Positions 1 through 11,365 of a DNA stretch of 64,000 nucleotides are shown here, piece after piece. Origin of the DNA: Fidelibacterota bacterium (GTDB lineage Bacteria > Fidelibacterota > Fidelibacteria > Fidelibacterales > Fidelibacteraceae). How positions within the stretch are numbered: position 1 is the first letter of the stretch; every line of letters starts with the position of its first letter. The stretch is from NCBI GenBank assembly GCA_034521145.1, contig JAXHMX010000002.1, forward strand, positions 65,670 through 129,669. The letters run 5' to 3'. The notes beneath the pieces are model-generated. The model saw only the letters and a list, made by a program, of their open reading frames with translations. It ran no database searches and had not been told where the DNA came from. Position numbers and translations under genes: made by a program.

Positions 1-283
1 AATTATCCGAATAAACAATGTTCCTTATCTCCTTTATCTCGCGCGGTGTCACACTGAAATCATGGGTAACGTAAAAACAATGATGACAAAAGACCAGCCA
101 GTTATCCAGGATGTCGTCATCAAGAGTGCGTACGCGGAAATCGCTTTCTACAATATCAACGCTGTAGATCTCTTCCGCGGCATGATTATTCACCTGCCTG
201 CCGCAAACGGGACAAACTACCGCTCTTTTATGTTCGTCCTCAAGCGATGCTTCCTGCTCATCCGTGAATTGATCGTCTTTCAT
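1..283 (-). CDS. hypothetical zinc-ribbon protein (CPVCG...CHHC), 3' end outside window
   Basis: Own translation of the minus strand: ATG at 283 with a GAGGTG RBS 6 nt upstream, 10 nt after the ssb stop, open to the window edge. Two Cys pairs ~45 aa apart. Not in the ORF track because no stop lies in the window. Confidence 0.45.
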   Translation of the reverse strand, partial: MKDDQFTDEQEASLEDEHKRAVVCPVCGRQVNNHAAEEIYSVDIVESDFRVRTLDDDILDNWLVFCHHCFYVTHDFSVTPREIKEIRNIVYSDN

Positions 284-293
284 AGCTTACACC

Positions 294-749
294 TCAAAAA
301 GGAAGTTCCTCTTCATTCTCCGGCAGTTCGGGTTCTTCATTGGTGTTCTTTTCGTTGCTCTGCCGGTTCTCTTTCTTTGGGGGCGGAGTATAAACCCCGG
401 AATCGCTCTGACTGCCACGGTCCAGCAACATGGCGGTGTCAATCAGTATTTCCGTTGAATAACGGGTTACATTATTTGAATCCGTCCATTTCCGCGTCCG
501 GATACGGCCGTCAACGTAGACAAGCCGGCCCTTGGTAAAAAAGTTGCCGATATATTCCGCCGTTTTCCCGAAAGATACACAGCGGTGCCATTCCGTGTTA
601 TCGGTATATTCCCCGTTCTGGGTTTTATAGGTCTCGTTGGTGGCCATGCTGAAGTTTGTTACCGCTGTACCGGTCGGCGTTGCACGCTGTTCCGGGTTCT
701 GACCGAGCCTGCCGACCAATATGACCTTGTTCATTGAATTTTTATGCAT
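294..749 (-). CDS. ssb: single-stranded DNA-binding protein
   Basis: OB-fold SSB sequence (NKVILVGRLG, RTRKW). Gly/Pro-rich linker and acidic C-terminal tail ending EELPF (DDIPF-like). Confidence 0.9.
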   Translation of the reverse strand: MHKNSMNKVILVGRLGQNPEQRATPTGTAVTNFSMATNETYKTQNGEYTDNTEWHRCVSFGKTAEYIGNFFTKGRLVYVDGRIRTRKWTDSNNVTRYSTEILIDTAMLLDRGSQSDSGVYTPPPKKENRQSNEKNTNEEPELPENEEELPF

Positions 750-1221
750 TGTTCTCTCCTTGAAATAGTTGAATGATATCTTCTGCTTTCACCTTGTTCC
801 CGTAAAGCAACCCCGTAACATTCTTTCCCTGATGCTTTGCGATGACCGTCTGATATACGATCTCGTCTGCCCGGGGTATATCCAGGGGTTCTTCTTTATT
901 CTGTCCGGCGCGGACGATAATATTCTTTTCGGGACTGCAGAAAGACGGGAGCTTGTAGGGATGCGACATATCGGGGAAACGCACTCCGAGATCATCATCG
1001 TTCTTTCCCCGCAGCGGGTTTTTCCCGGAAAGATTGACGTGATCCATAATGCAGTATACCGCTTTTCCCTTAACAGCGTCCGAACGCATACTCAGAAGAA
1101 GATCATTGCCTTTGCGTGCAATTTCCCGGCCCGCCAGATATTTTTGGGCATTTTCAAAATGCCAGTCCTTTGGAAGTGTTATTTTTTTCAGTTCGGGTTC
1201 TGAAAAGTCGATCCAGTACAT
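742..1221 (-). CDS. purine nucleoside phosphorylase/MTAP-family-like protein, short or degenerate
   Basis: Carries the PNP-family motif HVNLSGKNPLRG...GVRFPDMS. It is only 159 aa and lacks the N-terminal half of canonical PNPs. It is wedged between the yggS stop (1231) and ssb. Confidence 0.35.
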   Translation of the reverse strand: MYWIDFSEPELKKITLPKDWHFENAQKYLAGREIARKGNDLLLSMRSDAVKGKAVYCIMDHVNLSGKNPLRGKNDDDLGVRFPDMSHPYKLPSFCSPEKNIIVRAGQNKEEPLDIPRADEIVYQTVIAKHQGKNVTGLLYGNKVKAEDIIQLFQGENNA

Positions 1222-1230
1222 CGGTTGCTC

Positions 1231-1905
1231 CTATTCAATACGCGGACCGAAAACCGCAGTCCCGATCCGCAGCATGGTAGACCCTTCTTCCAGGGCGATC
1301 TTATAATCGTTCGTCATTCCCATGGACAGCTCCTCCATGCGCAGATTTTCCGTTTCCAGCGCCTTACCGTCTTGGAGAAGGGTGCGGAGAAGGACGAAAG
1401 AATCCCGTATCCTTTTTTCGTTATCCGTAAAAGCCGCCATGCCCATCAGACCCCGGATCTCAAGGTCCCTGTATTCCCTTATACGTTTCATAAAGAGATA
1501 AAGAGCATCCGGCGCAATTCCGGTCTTATTGTCTTCACCGGAAATATTAACTTCGATCAAACACTTAATTCGTGGTTCTTTACGGGCAATAATACGTGCA
1601 AGTTTCTCTGTCTGCAAACTATGAAGCCAATCAAAATTCTGCAAGCATTTATTTGCTTTGTTTGACTGCAGGTATCCGACAAAATGGCGGCTCACGCCCG
1701 GAAAAGGGTGTTTTGCGAATTTCTCCAGGGCATCCTGTATACGGTTTTCTCCCAGATCCCGGATGCCGGCCTCTACCCCTTCATAGATCCTTTCGACAGG
1801 CTGTTTTTTGCTGACAGCCACGAGGCGGACCCGTTCGGGATACGGACTGTATTCCCGGATATCGGTCCGGATGATCTCCAGTCTCTCCTCAATACTACGT
1901 TTCAT
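1231..1905 (-). CDS. yggS: YggS-family pyridoxal-phosphate homeostasis protein
   Basis: Full-length match to the PLP-binding YggS/PLPHP fold ([27 protein letters not shown]). Confidence 0.85.
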   Translation of the reverse strand: MKRSIEERLEIIRTDIREYSPYPERVRLVAVSKKQPVERIYEGVEAGIRDLGENRIQDALEKFAKHPFPGVSRHFVGYLQSNKANKCLQNFDWLHSLQTEKLARIIARKEPRIKCLIEVNISGEDNKTGIAPDALYLFMKRIREYRDLEIRGLMGMAAFTDNEKRIRDSFVLLRTLLQDGKALETENLRMEELSMGMTNDYKIALEEGSTMLRIGTAVFGPRIE

Positions 1906-4372
1906 TCTTCATGTCCTGCAGTTCATTTTCTTCGTCTTCAACCACTTCCTCGCTTTCCATAACATAGCGGATGGCGGAAATATGATCATTGTCATGCAGG
2001 TTGATCAAACGAACACCCTGGGTGTTCCTTGAAAGTGTGCTGATACGGTTTATATGCTGGCGGATGAGCAGTCCTTTCCCGGTAATGATCATAAGATCAT
2101 CGGAGTCCACAACCTCTTTAAGAGCGACCATCTTGCCGATCTTCGCAGAGGTTTTCAGCGTTATGACTCCCTTGCCGCCGCGGTTCGTTATACGGTAATC
2201 CATAATATCGGAACGCTTTCCGTATCCGTTCTCGCTGACAGCCAGAACGGTGGCTCCTTCACGTTTCACCACTACCATATCCACAACGGCATCGTCCTTA
2301 CTTTCCAGAGTGACGCCGCGTACGCCGGTGGCGCTTCTTCCCATATCGCGCACATGCTTTTCATTAAAGCGGATCGCTTTCCCCTTGCGTGTGCCCAAAA
2401 TGATATCCTGCTCGCCGTTGGTGATATCCACGCCGATAATGTCATCACCTTCGCTCAGATTTATGGCGATAATACCCGTACGGCGCGGGCGGCTGTACGC
2501 GTCAAGCCGCGTTTTCTTGATCGTTCCTTTTTCTGTGGAAATGATAATATACTTATCGTCGGTGAATTCACGGACATTCAGAAAAGCCCGGACATTTTCA
2601 TCTTTTTCACATTCAAGCAGGTTGACAATGGCACGGCCGCGTGTCGCTCTCCCGGCCTGCGGGAGTTCGTGGACTTTCAGCCAGTAGACTTTACCGAAAT
2701 TCGTAAAGAACATCAGATGGTCGTGCGTGGATGCAATAAAAAGATTTTCAATAAAGTCATCATCTTTTGCGCTTGCGCCGCGCTTCCCGACCCCGCCCCG
2801 GCGCTGGGCACGGTAGACGTTGACCGGTGTGCGTTTTATAAAACCGTTATGGGTGATCGTAATAGCCATCTCTTCATCGGCGATCATGTCTTCGACAGAG
2901 AAATCCTCTGCGTCTTCGATCATCTCGGTACGGCGTTCATCATGATATTTATTCCGGATCTCCCGGGTTTCGTCAACAAGGATCTCCATGCGCTTTTCGC
3001 GGTTTTCCAGAATGAATTTTAATTTTTCGATCTGCTTCAGCACCTCTATATACTCCTGAACGATCTTTTCGCGTTCCAGACCGGTCAGTTTCTGCAGCCG
3101 CATATCCAGGATCGCCTGTGCCTGCAGTTCGGAGAATTCAAAACGCTGCATAAGGTTCAGCCGCGCATTATTTGCACTGGACGATTTCTTGATGATCTCG
3201 ATCACTTCATCAATATTGTCAAGCGCAATTTTCAGGCCTTCCAGAATATGCGCCCTTGCTTCGGCTTTGTTCAGTTCAAAACGTGTTCTTCTGGTAATAA
3301 TATTGTGCCGGTAATCAATAAAATACTGCAGGATCTGTTTCAGAGAGCTGACCTGCGGGATACCGTTAACAAGCGAAAGCATATTGATGCCGAAAGTCGT
3401 TTGCAGATTGGTGTGCTTATAAAGATTGTTCAGTACAACCTGCGGTTCGAAATCTTTTTTCAGTTCGATAACAACACGGATGCCTTCTTTATCGGATTCA
3501 TCGCGGAGATCGCTGATACCCTCAAGGACCTTGTTCCGGACGAGGTCGGCAATACGTTCCACAAGATTACTTTTGTTGATCTGATAGGGGATCTCGGTGA
3601 ACACTATCTGTTCGCGGTTCGCACGGAGTTGTTCAACGTTTGCACGGGCACGGAGTGTGATCTTTCCGCGGCCGGTGTCGTAAGCGGAAAACAATCCGGC
3701 GGCACCGTATGCCAGCGCACCGGTGGGAAAATCCGGTCCCGTAACGTATTTCATAAGCTCCGCAGTACCGATATCGGGGTTTTCCACGGTGGCACAGACA
3801 GCGTCACAGATCTCACCGATATTGTGGGGCGGAATATTGGTTGCCATTCCCACCGCAATACCCGTTGCACCGTTTATCAGCAAATAAGGCACCCTGCTGG
3901 GAAGCACCATGGGCTCGGTCAGAGAATCATCAAAATTCGGCGTGAAATCCACGGTCTCTTTATCAATATCCGCCAGAATATCTTCCGCGATCCGCGCCAT
4001 TCTTGCTTCCGTATACCGCATGGCGGCGGGGTTGTCGCCGTCGATGGAGCCGAAATTCCCCTGGCCGTCCACAACGCAGTAACGCATTGCAAAATCCTGT
4101 GCCAGCCGGGCCATGGCGTTATAGACCGATGTATCGCCGTGCGGATGATATTTTCCAAGTACATCACCGACAATACGGGCGGATTTTTTATACGGGCGGT
4201 TGTATTGCATACCCAGCTCGTGCATGCCGAACAATATTCGCCGGTGCACGGGTTTCAGACCGTCTCGGACATCCGGAAGTGCACGGGATACGATGACCGA
4301 CATGGAATAGTCCAGGTAGCAATTCTGCAGTTCCTCTTCAATATTAATGGGAATAATTCGTTCGTTAGCCAA
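1895..4372 (-). CDS. gyrA: DNA gyrase subunit A
   Basis: 825 aa. GyrA N-terminal catalytic region ([10 protein letters not shown], active-site Tyr region), C-terminal beta-pinwheel repeats and GyrA box. Intact reading frame. Confidence 0.97.
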   Translation of the reverse strand: MANERIIPINIEEELQNCYLDYSMSVIVSRALPDVRDGLKPVHRRILFGMHELGMQYNRPYKKSARIVGDVLGKYHPHGDTSVYNAMARLAQDFAMRYCVVDGQGNFGSIDGDNPAAMRYTEARMARIAEDILADIDKETVDFTPNFDDSLTEPMVLPSRVPYLLINGATGIAVGMATNIPPHNIGEICDAVCATVENPDIGTAELMKYVTGPDFPTGALAYGAAGLFSAYDTGRGKITLRARANVEQLRANREQIVFTEIPYQINKSNLVERIADLVRNKVLEGISDLRDESDKEGIRVVIELKKDFEPQVVLNNLYKHTNLQTTFGINMLSLVNGIPQVSSLKQILQYFIDYRHNIITRRTRFELNKAEARAHILEGLKIALDNIDEVIEIIKKSSSANNARLNLMQRFEFSELQAQAILDMRLQKLTGLEREKIVQEYIEVLKQIEKLKFILENREKRMEILVDETREIRNKYHDERRTEMIEDAEDFSVEDMIADEEMAITITHNGFIKRTPVNVYRAQRRGGVGKRGASAKDDDFIENLFIASTHDHLMFFTNFGKVYWLKVHELPQAGRATRGRAIVNLLECEKDENVRAFLNVREFTDDKYIIISTEKGTIKKTRLDAYSRPRRTGIIAINLSEGDDIIGVDITNGEQDIILGTRKGKAIRFNEKHVRDMGRSATGVRGVTLESKDDAVVDMVVVKREGATVLAVSENGYGKRSDIMDYRITNRGGKGVITLKTSAKIGKMVALKEVVDSDDLMIITGKGLLIRQHINRISTLSRNTQGVRLINLHDNDHISAIRYVMESEEVVEDEENELQDMKNET

Positions 4373-4410
4373 TGTTTCCTCTCTTTTTTATACTTTTACC
4401 GGGATATAGG

Positions 4411-6661
<2,251 letters not shown>

Positions 6662-6838
6662 TGTTAATACTACTAAGCTATTATTATTATACTTTAATTA
6701 TTAGAGAGAGCGGTTAAAAATGCAAAAAAGAAGGGCATATAATATCATTTTCTGGTTTTTTTTCAAAACGAATTCTAAAAAGGATTTTTTGTTAAAAACT
6801 TTTTCCTTATATTTATAACAATCAAAACAAAAGAGCCG

Positions 6839-7522
6839 ATGATCACAGAAGCAAAAAATATATTTGATACAGAAGCGCCCCTTATCCGGGAACTGATCGA
6901 AGCACAGGGTTGGCAAAAGAAAAACGACACGGATAAGCTCGGCGCCATTCTTGATTATGTTAAAAACGATATTCTTTTCGGCATGAACAACAAAGGTTGT
7001 CTGCCCGCCTCGGAAGTTCTCAGAGCGGGACAGGGACAGGCACTGACAAAAAGCATCCTTCTGAAAACCCTGATCGATGCATGCGGACTTCTTTGCCGCT
7101 TTCATGCTTACCGGGTAAAAAAAGAACTTTATGAGGGACTGCCCGGAAAATTCCGCTACCGCCTGCTTCCCGATACGCTGATCAGCGCCTGGATCGAGGT
7201 TTTTCACAATGACCGATGGATCGTGGCGGATGGTGTCCTTCTTGATGAAGCCTATCTGAAAGGACTCAGCTCCCTTATCGACAACAGTGACGGTGAATTT
7301 ATCGGCCTGGGTGCGGGTATTTATCCCGGGAACAATCAGGTCCACAGCTGGGACGGAAAGCATCACAGCTACTCTCAGCGGGCAGCCATAACCCGGGATC
7401 TGGGCATCATTGACGACCTTGACTGGTTCTTCTCTGAATTCCGATCTGATTTCCGGGATCTGGGGAAAATCGGTTCAAGACATGCAAACCGCAGGATCGC
7501 CGCTATACGTCAGAGCAAATAA
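6839..7522 (+). CDS. transglutaminase-like domain protein
   Basis: Cys...His(AWIEVFHNDRWIVADG)...Asp arrangement resembling the transglutaminase-like cysteine protease core. Family assignment is tentative. Confidence 0.4.
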   Translation: MITEAKNIFDTEAPLIRELIEAQGWQKKNDTDKLGAILDYVKNDILFGMNNKGCLPASEVLRAGQGQALTKSILLKTLIDACGLLCRFHAYRVKKELYEGLPGKFRYRLLPDTLISAWIEVFHNDRWIVADGVLLDEAYLKGLSSLIDNSDGEFIGLGAGIYPGNNQVHSWDGKHHSYSQRAAITRDLGIIDDLDWFFSEFRSDFRDLGKIGSRHANRRIAAIRQSK

Positions 7523-7574
7523 GGTCCTGTTCTCTGAAGCTTCAGCGAAGGAGAATCCTTCTTTTGCTCTTCTC

Positions 7575-7688
7575 TTGGGACGGGATATACATGATAATGT
7601 TTCAGACAAGATAATCCCATCCTGAATCCCCCTTGGGGCAGGATATATATGATCATATTTCAGACACAATATCAGGGTTACCGGGGCA
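7575..7688. repeat. tandem imperfect direct repeat, 2 x 57 bp
   Basis: Units 7575-7631 and 7632-7688 both start CTTGGG...GGATATAyATGATmATrTTTCAGACA and are ~75% identical. They lie directly upstream of repeat copy A. Confidence 0.7.
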
Positions 7689-7700
7689 ATTTTATAAATG

Positions 7701-8038
7701 ATCTTCCTATGCCGCATCGCGACGACGCGTGAAAAAAATCCTATAAGTGAGCGTAAAAAAATGCAGCGGTTGAGCGGAGCGAGACTTTTCTGCATTTTAG
7801 CGAACGCAGAGGATTTTGCAGTCCGCCAGTTGGCGGAAGAGAAGCGGAGGTTTTTCTTTTGCTTACTCCCTTGGGGATCCCCTTGGGATTTTCTTTGGAC
7901 CAGCAAAGAAAAGGAAGAGACTTTTCCGTGCGAAAAGAACCACATTCCGGGCATCTTATTTATTTAAAAAAAGAAATAGTATTTAATTTTATAATATTCA
8001 ATTAATTATAACGATTTTAGTCTCATTTTCTACCATTA
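7701..8038 (+). repeat. interspersed ~340-bp noncoding element, copy A (full length)
   Basis: About 90% identical over ~338 bp to 23714-24052. Reverse-complement copies lie at 37444-37682 and 42150-42528. Reading frames are not conserved between copies (indels are not multiples of 3). Hairpins TCCGCC-AGTT-GGCGGA, GGGGATCCCC and CTTTTC-CGTGCG-GAAAAG are conserved. Confidence 0.85.
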
Positions 8039-8068
8039 ACCCTAAAATGATATTATTCTGTTTGCGGG

Positions 8069-8560
8069 TTATTTTCTTTTTCTTCTCGTACTGCTCTTTT
8101 TATTCGTATCGACATTATTTTTCTTATTGTTGTTTTCCGGTGCTCTGGAGTTCTCTTCCGTCCTGCGTGCTTTTTCGGCTTCGTATTCCGCATTTTCCTT
8201 TTCGGCTTGTTCAACTTTCGATTTCAGATAAGCCTGATATTCGTCTTTACGGGTAATGATCTTAAAAGAATCCGTAAGCCGTGAAGTTTTAAGCAGGCTC
8301 AGTAATTTTGGTCTCGGCATTCCAAGAGTGCATTGATTGCCGTGTTCCCGGGTATAGCGCCGGGCGAACATTACTGCGCTGAGCCCGTTATTGTCAACTA
8401 TCTTGACATTTTCCACATCAAGGATAATATCCTTGACATTGTATTTTTCAAGCAGGATCGCCAACTGCCGTTTATAGTGTATAATGCCGATTTCATTGAA
8501 TACGGGGTCATTGCACTTGAACAGCAATGTGCTCCCTATCATCTGATGTTTAAATTCCAT
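8069..8560 (-). CDS. STAS-domain protein (anti-sigma-factor-antagonist-like) with a Lys/Glu/Asn-rich C-terminal tail
   Basis: SpoIIAA-like pattern (IILDVENVKIVDNNGLSAVMF...LLSLLKTSRLTDSFKI). The ~50-aa low-complexity tail explains the codon-level repetition at 8047-8260. Confidence 0.55.
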   Translation of the reverse strand: MEFKHQMIGSTLLFKCNDPVFNEIGIIHYKRQLAILLEKYNVKDIILDVENVKIVDNNGLSAVMFARRYTREHGNQCTLGMPRPKLLSLLKTSRLTDSFKIITRKDEYQAYLKSKVEQAEKENAEYEAEKARRTEENSRAPENNNKKNNVDTNKKSSTRRKRK

Positions 8561-8816
8561 AAAATTCCTTGATTGATTGATAAATTATATTAAGGCCGTT
8601 CTCTTTTTTCAGGTTAATCTATACAATATTTTATGAAAAAACAATGCAATTTCTCCGGCTTCCGGCGGGCCCCGTTACACCGCACTGCAGAGGGTGATAA
8701 TCGGAAGAATCCCAGCAATAGATTTTAATTTTATCCGCACAGGCATTTCTCCGAAAAATTCCTTCGTTTTTTTGAAAAATGTGTTATATTTGCAAGCTAA
8801 AGAAAATGGAGGAATA

Positions 8817-10025
8817 ATGTCAAGACTGACAGTCAACGATGTAAACTTTGAGAACAAACGTGTATTGATACGAGTCGACTTTAATGTCCCGGTAGACAAC
8901 AACGGACGGATCAGCAATGATTTCCGTATCGTGTCTTCGCTTCCAAGTATTAAGAAAGTCCTTTCCGACGGCGGTTCCGTGATCTGCATGAGTCACCTCG
9001 GACGCCCGAAAGGTGAAGGTTATGAAGCGAAATTCAGTCTGAAGCCCGTACAGCAGCGTTTAGGTGAACTCCTGGGAACGCCGGTTAAATTTGCTCCCGA
9101 CTGTATCGGGAATGAGGCAAAAGATATGGCAGCGGAATTAAAACCCGGAGAGGTGCTCCTTCTTGAAAATCTGCGCTTTTATAAGGAAGAAAAAAAGAAC
9201 GATCCCGAATTCTCCCGAAAACTCGCATCGCTTGCCGATGCTTATGTAAATGATGCTTTCGGTACGTCTCACCGGGCGCATGCATCGACCGTCGGCGTTG
9301 CAAAACATTTTGATGAGGTTGTCTCCGGTCTTCTTCTGGAAAAAGAACTGACCTATCTGAAAGATGAACTTGAAGATCCCGAACGTCCGTATACCGCTAT
9401 ACTGGGCGGCGCCAAGATCAGCGGCAAGATCGACACCATACGGCATCTTATGGATAAGGTCGACAATCTGCTTATCGGCGGGGGTATGATATTTACTTTT
9501 TATAAAGCCATGGGGTACGGCATCGGAAAATCCCTGCTGGAAAAGGACAAGATCGATCTTGCAAAAGAACTGCTGAAAGAAGCGGAAAATTCCAAAACCC
9601 GCGTTGTTCTTCCTCCGGATATTGTCACTGCAAAAGCTTTTGAGAACGATGCACTGTCAACTATTGTAGACGCAGACGAAATACCGGACGGGCAATTTGG
9701 GATGGATATCGGTCCCCGCACCGTCAAAAAGTTCCATGAGATCATCATGTCCAGCAAAACACTGTTGTGGAATGGCCCGATGGGTGTTTTTGAAATGCCG
9801 AATTTTGCAAAAGGGACCGAGAAAATCTGTGCTGCAGTTGCAGATGCAACCGAAAAAGGAGCCATCAGTCTGGTCGGTGGCGGTGATTCTGCCGCAGCTG
9901 TTAACAAACTCGGTTTTTCCGATAAGATCAGTCATGTATCAACCGGCGGCGGCGCTTCGCTGGAATTGATCTCCGGTTTTACTCTACCCGCCGTGGCAGA
10001 GATCAGTGAAAAGCCGGGTGATTGA
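8817..10025 (+). CDS. pgk: phosphoglycerate kinase
   Basis: 402 aa starting MSRLTVNDVNFENKRVLIRVDFNVP, with a GGAGG RBS. Hinge and nucleotide-binding motifs GGGASLEL, GGGD. Confidence 0.95.
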   Translation: MSRLTVNDVNFENKRVLIRVDFNVPVDNNGRISNDFRIVSSLPSIKKVLSDGGSVICMSHLGRPKGEGYEAKFSLKPVQQRLGELLGTPVKFAPDCIGNEAKDMAAELKPGEVLLLENLRFYKEEKKNDPEFSRKLASLADAYVNDAFGTSHRAHASTVGVAKHFDEVVSGLLLEKELTYLKDELEDPERPYTAILGGAKISGKIDTIRHLMDKVDNLLIGGGMIFTFYKAMGYGIGKSLLEKDKIDLAKELLKEAENSKTRVVLPPDIVTAKAFENDALSTIVDADEIPDGQFGMDIGPRTVKKFHEIIMSSKTLLWNGPMGVFEMPNFAKGTEKICAAVADATEKGAISLVGGGDSAAAVNKLGFSDKISHVSTGGGASLELISGFTLPAVAEISEKPGD

Positions 10026-10048
10026 AATGTATAAGAAGAAAGGCTGTT

Positions 10049-10816
10049 ATGCGTAAGTTATTTATTGCCGGAAACTGGAAGATGAACCATACCGCGACGC
10101 AGACGGAGGACTTTTGCCGTGAACTGAAAGCAAAGGGACTTGAAGATCATAACGTTGATATTTTACTTTGTCCGCCGTATACGTCCATTCACGCCATGGT
10201 GTCCGTACTCGGAGATACCCCGCTTCAGGTGGGAGCCCAGAATCTGCACAAAAAAGATAGCGGGGCATTTACCGCGGAGATCTCTGCGGATATGATCACG
10301 GACAGCGGATGCTCGCATGTGCTTATCGGACATTCAGAGCGGCGCCAGTATTTTCATGAAAATGATGAAGGGGTCAATGCAAAACTGAAAAAAGCCCTGG
10401 AAAAAGATCTCTTACCCGTTGTGTGTATCGGTGAAAGTAAAGATGAACGGGAAAAGGACATTACCGAAAAGATCGTCAGAAAACAATTGCTTGGCGCTCT
10501 GGAAGGACTTACTGCCGAAGATCTTAAAAAAGTCACTATTGCATACGAACCGGTATGGGCCATCGGTACCGGACTTACCGCAAGTCCGGAACAAGCACAG
10601 GAAGTTCATCGTTTTATTCGCAAGACCCTGGCTGAAAATGTTAACAAAGAACTGGCAGCCGGTGTCAGGGTCCTTTACGGCGGAAGTGCAAAACCCGCCA
10701 ATGCCAAGGAACTTTTATCACAGGAAGATATTGACGGACTGCTGATCGGCGGTGCCAGTCTGAAAGTCGGCGATTTTTATGAGATCATTGAGATCGCAGA
10801 TAAAATAAACAAATAA
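10049..10816 (+). CDS. tpiA: triosephosphate isomerase
   Basis: AGNWKMN, GHSERR, AYEPVWAIGTG and YGGS motifs. Start taken at MRKLFIAGNWKMN. Confidence 0.95.
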   Translation: MRKLFIAGNWKMNHTATQTEDFCRELKAKGLEDHNVDILLCPPYTSIHAMVSVLGDTPLQVGAQNLHKKDSGAFTAEISADMITDSGCSHVLIGHSERRQYFHENDEGVNAKLKKALEKDLLPVVCIGESKDEREKDITEKIVRKQLLGALEGLTAEDLKKVTIAYEPVWAIGTGLTASPEQAQEVHRFIRKTLAENVNKELAAGVRVLYGGSAKPANAKELLSQEDIDGLLIGGASLKVGDFYEIIEIADKINK

Positions 10817-10827
10817 AGGAATTCAGA

Positions 10828-11187
10828 ATGTATACGTTTCTCGTAGTTTTGCTCATTTTAATATCGATCCTGCTCATCATTTCCGTATTGATGCAGTCAT
10901 CGAAAGGTGATGGAATGGCCGCTATGACTGCCGGAAGTTCGGTTCTCGGCGGACGGGGCGCAGCCACTTTTCTATCTAAATTCACACAGTGGGCCGGTGT
11001 TGCATTTTTTGTGCTGATCCTGCTCATCAACGTTGTAGTGGCGAAGCGTGATGCCCCCTCGGCTCAAAGCGTTGTACAAAAACAATCGGGTAAACAGGTG
11101 GCAACGCAGTCTTCCGGACTCCCGATGCCCGGTAATGTCGAGATCGAACAGCCGAGAAGCACACCGGAATCCGAAGAGAGCGAATAA
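10828..11187 (+). CDS. secG: preprotein translocase subunit SecG
   Basis: N-terminal TM helix followed by LMQSSKGDG...GG and a second TM. Classic pgk-tpiA-secG-tRNA-Leu arrangement. Confidence 0.8.
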   Translation: MYTFLVVLLILISILLIISVLMQSSKGDGMAAMTAGSSVLGGRGAATFLSKFTQWAGVAFFVLILLINVVVAKRDAPSAQSVVQKQSGKQVATQSSGLPMPGNVEIEQPRSTPESEESE

Positions 11188-11230
11188 AGATTTGAATTTA
11201 TAAATTCATGTGCATATATTAGCACGTTTT

Positions 11231-11316
11231 CGCCCGGGTGGCGGAATTGGCAGACGCGCATGGTTGAGGGCCATGTAACTGTTAAAGTTGTGCGGGTTCA
11301 AGTCCCGCCCCGGGTA
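11231..11316 (+). tRNA. tRNA-Leu (anticodon GAG)
   Basis: Manual fold: acceptor GCCCGGG/CCCGGGT, anticodon stem CATGG/CCATG with loop TTGAGGG, long type-II variable arm, T-loop TTCAAGT, discriminator A. CCA is not encoded. Confidence 0.85.
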
Positions 11317-11365
11317 CAGATAAAATGAGTGTAGTATTGACCATAGACTTGAAAGGAAGTTTGTT

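Noticed and set aside
62-538. 158-aa plus-strand ORF
   Set aside because: It runs antisense across the highly conserved ssb gene. A better-supported minus-strand zinc-ribbon ORF (1-283) with an RBS occupies the non-overlapping part.
7475-7954. ORFs of 60-160 aa lying inside the four repeat copies (7475-7954, 23675-24013, 37488-37810, 42297-42569)
   Set aside because: Their frames and lengths differ between copies because inter-copy indels are not multiples of three. Only the nucleotide sequence is conserved, so they are not coding.
8047-8260. Short-period repetition resembling a repeat array
   Set aside because: It is the Lys/Glu/Asn-rich low-complexity C-terminal tail of the STAS-domain gene on the opposite strand. 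There is no CRISPR-type repeat-spacer structure. No CRISPR array is present anywhere in the window.
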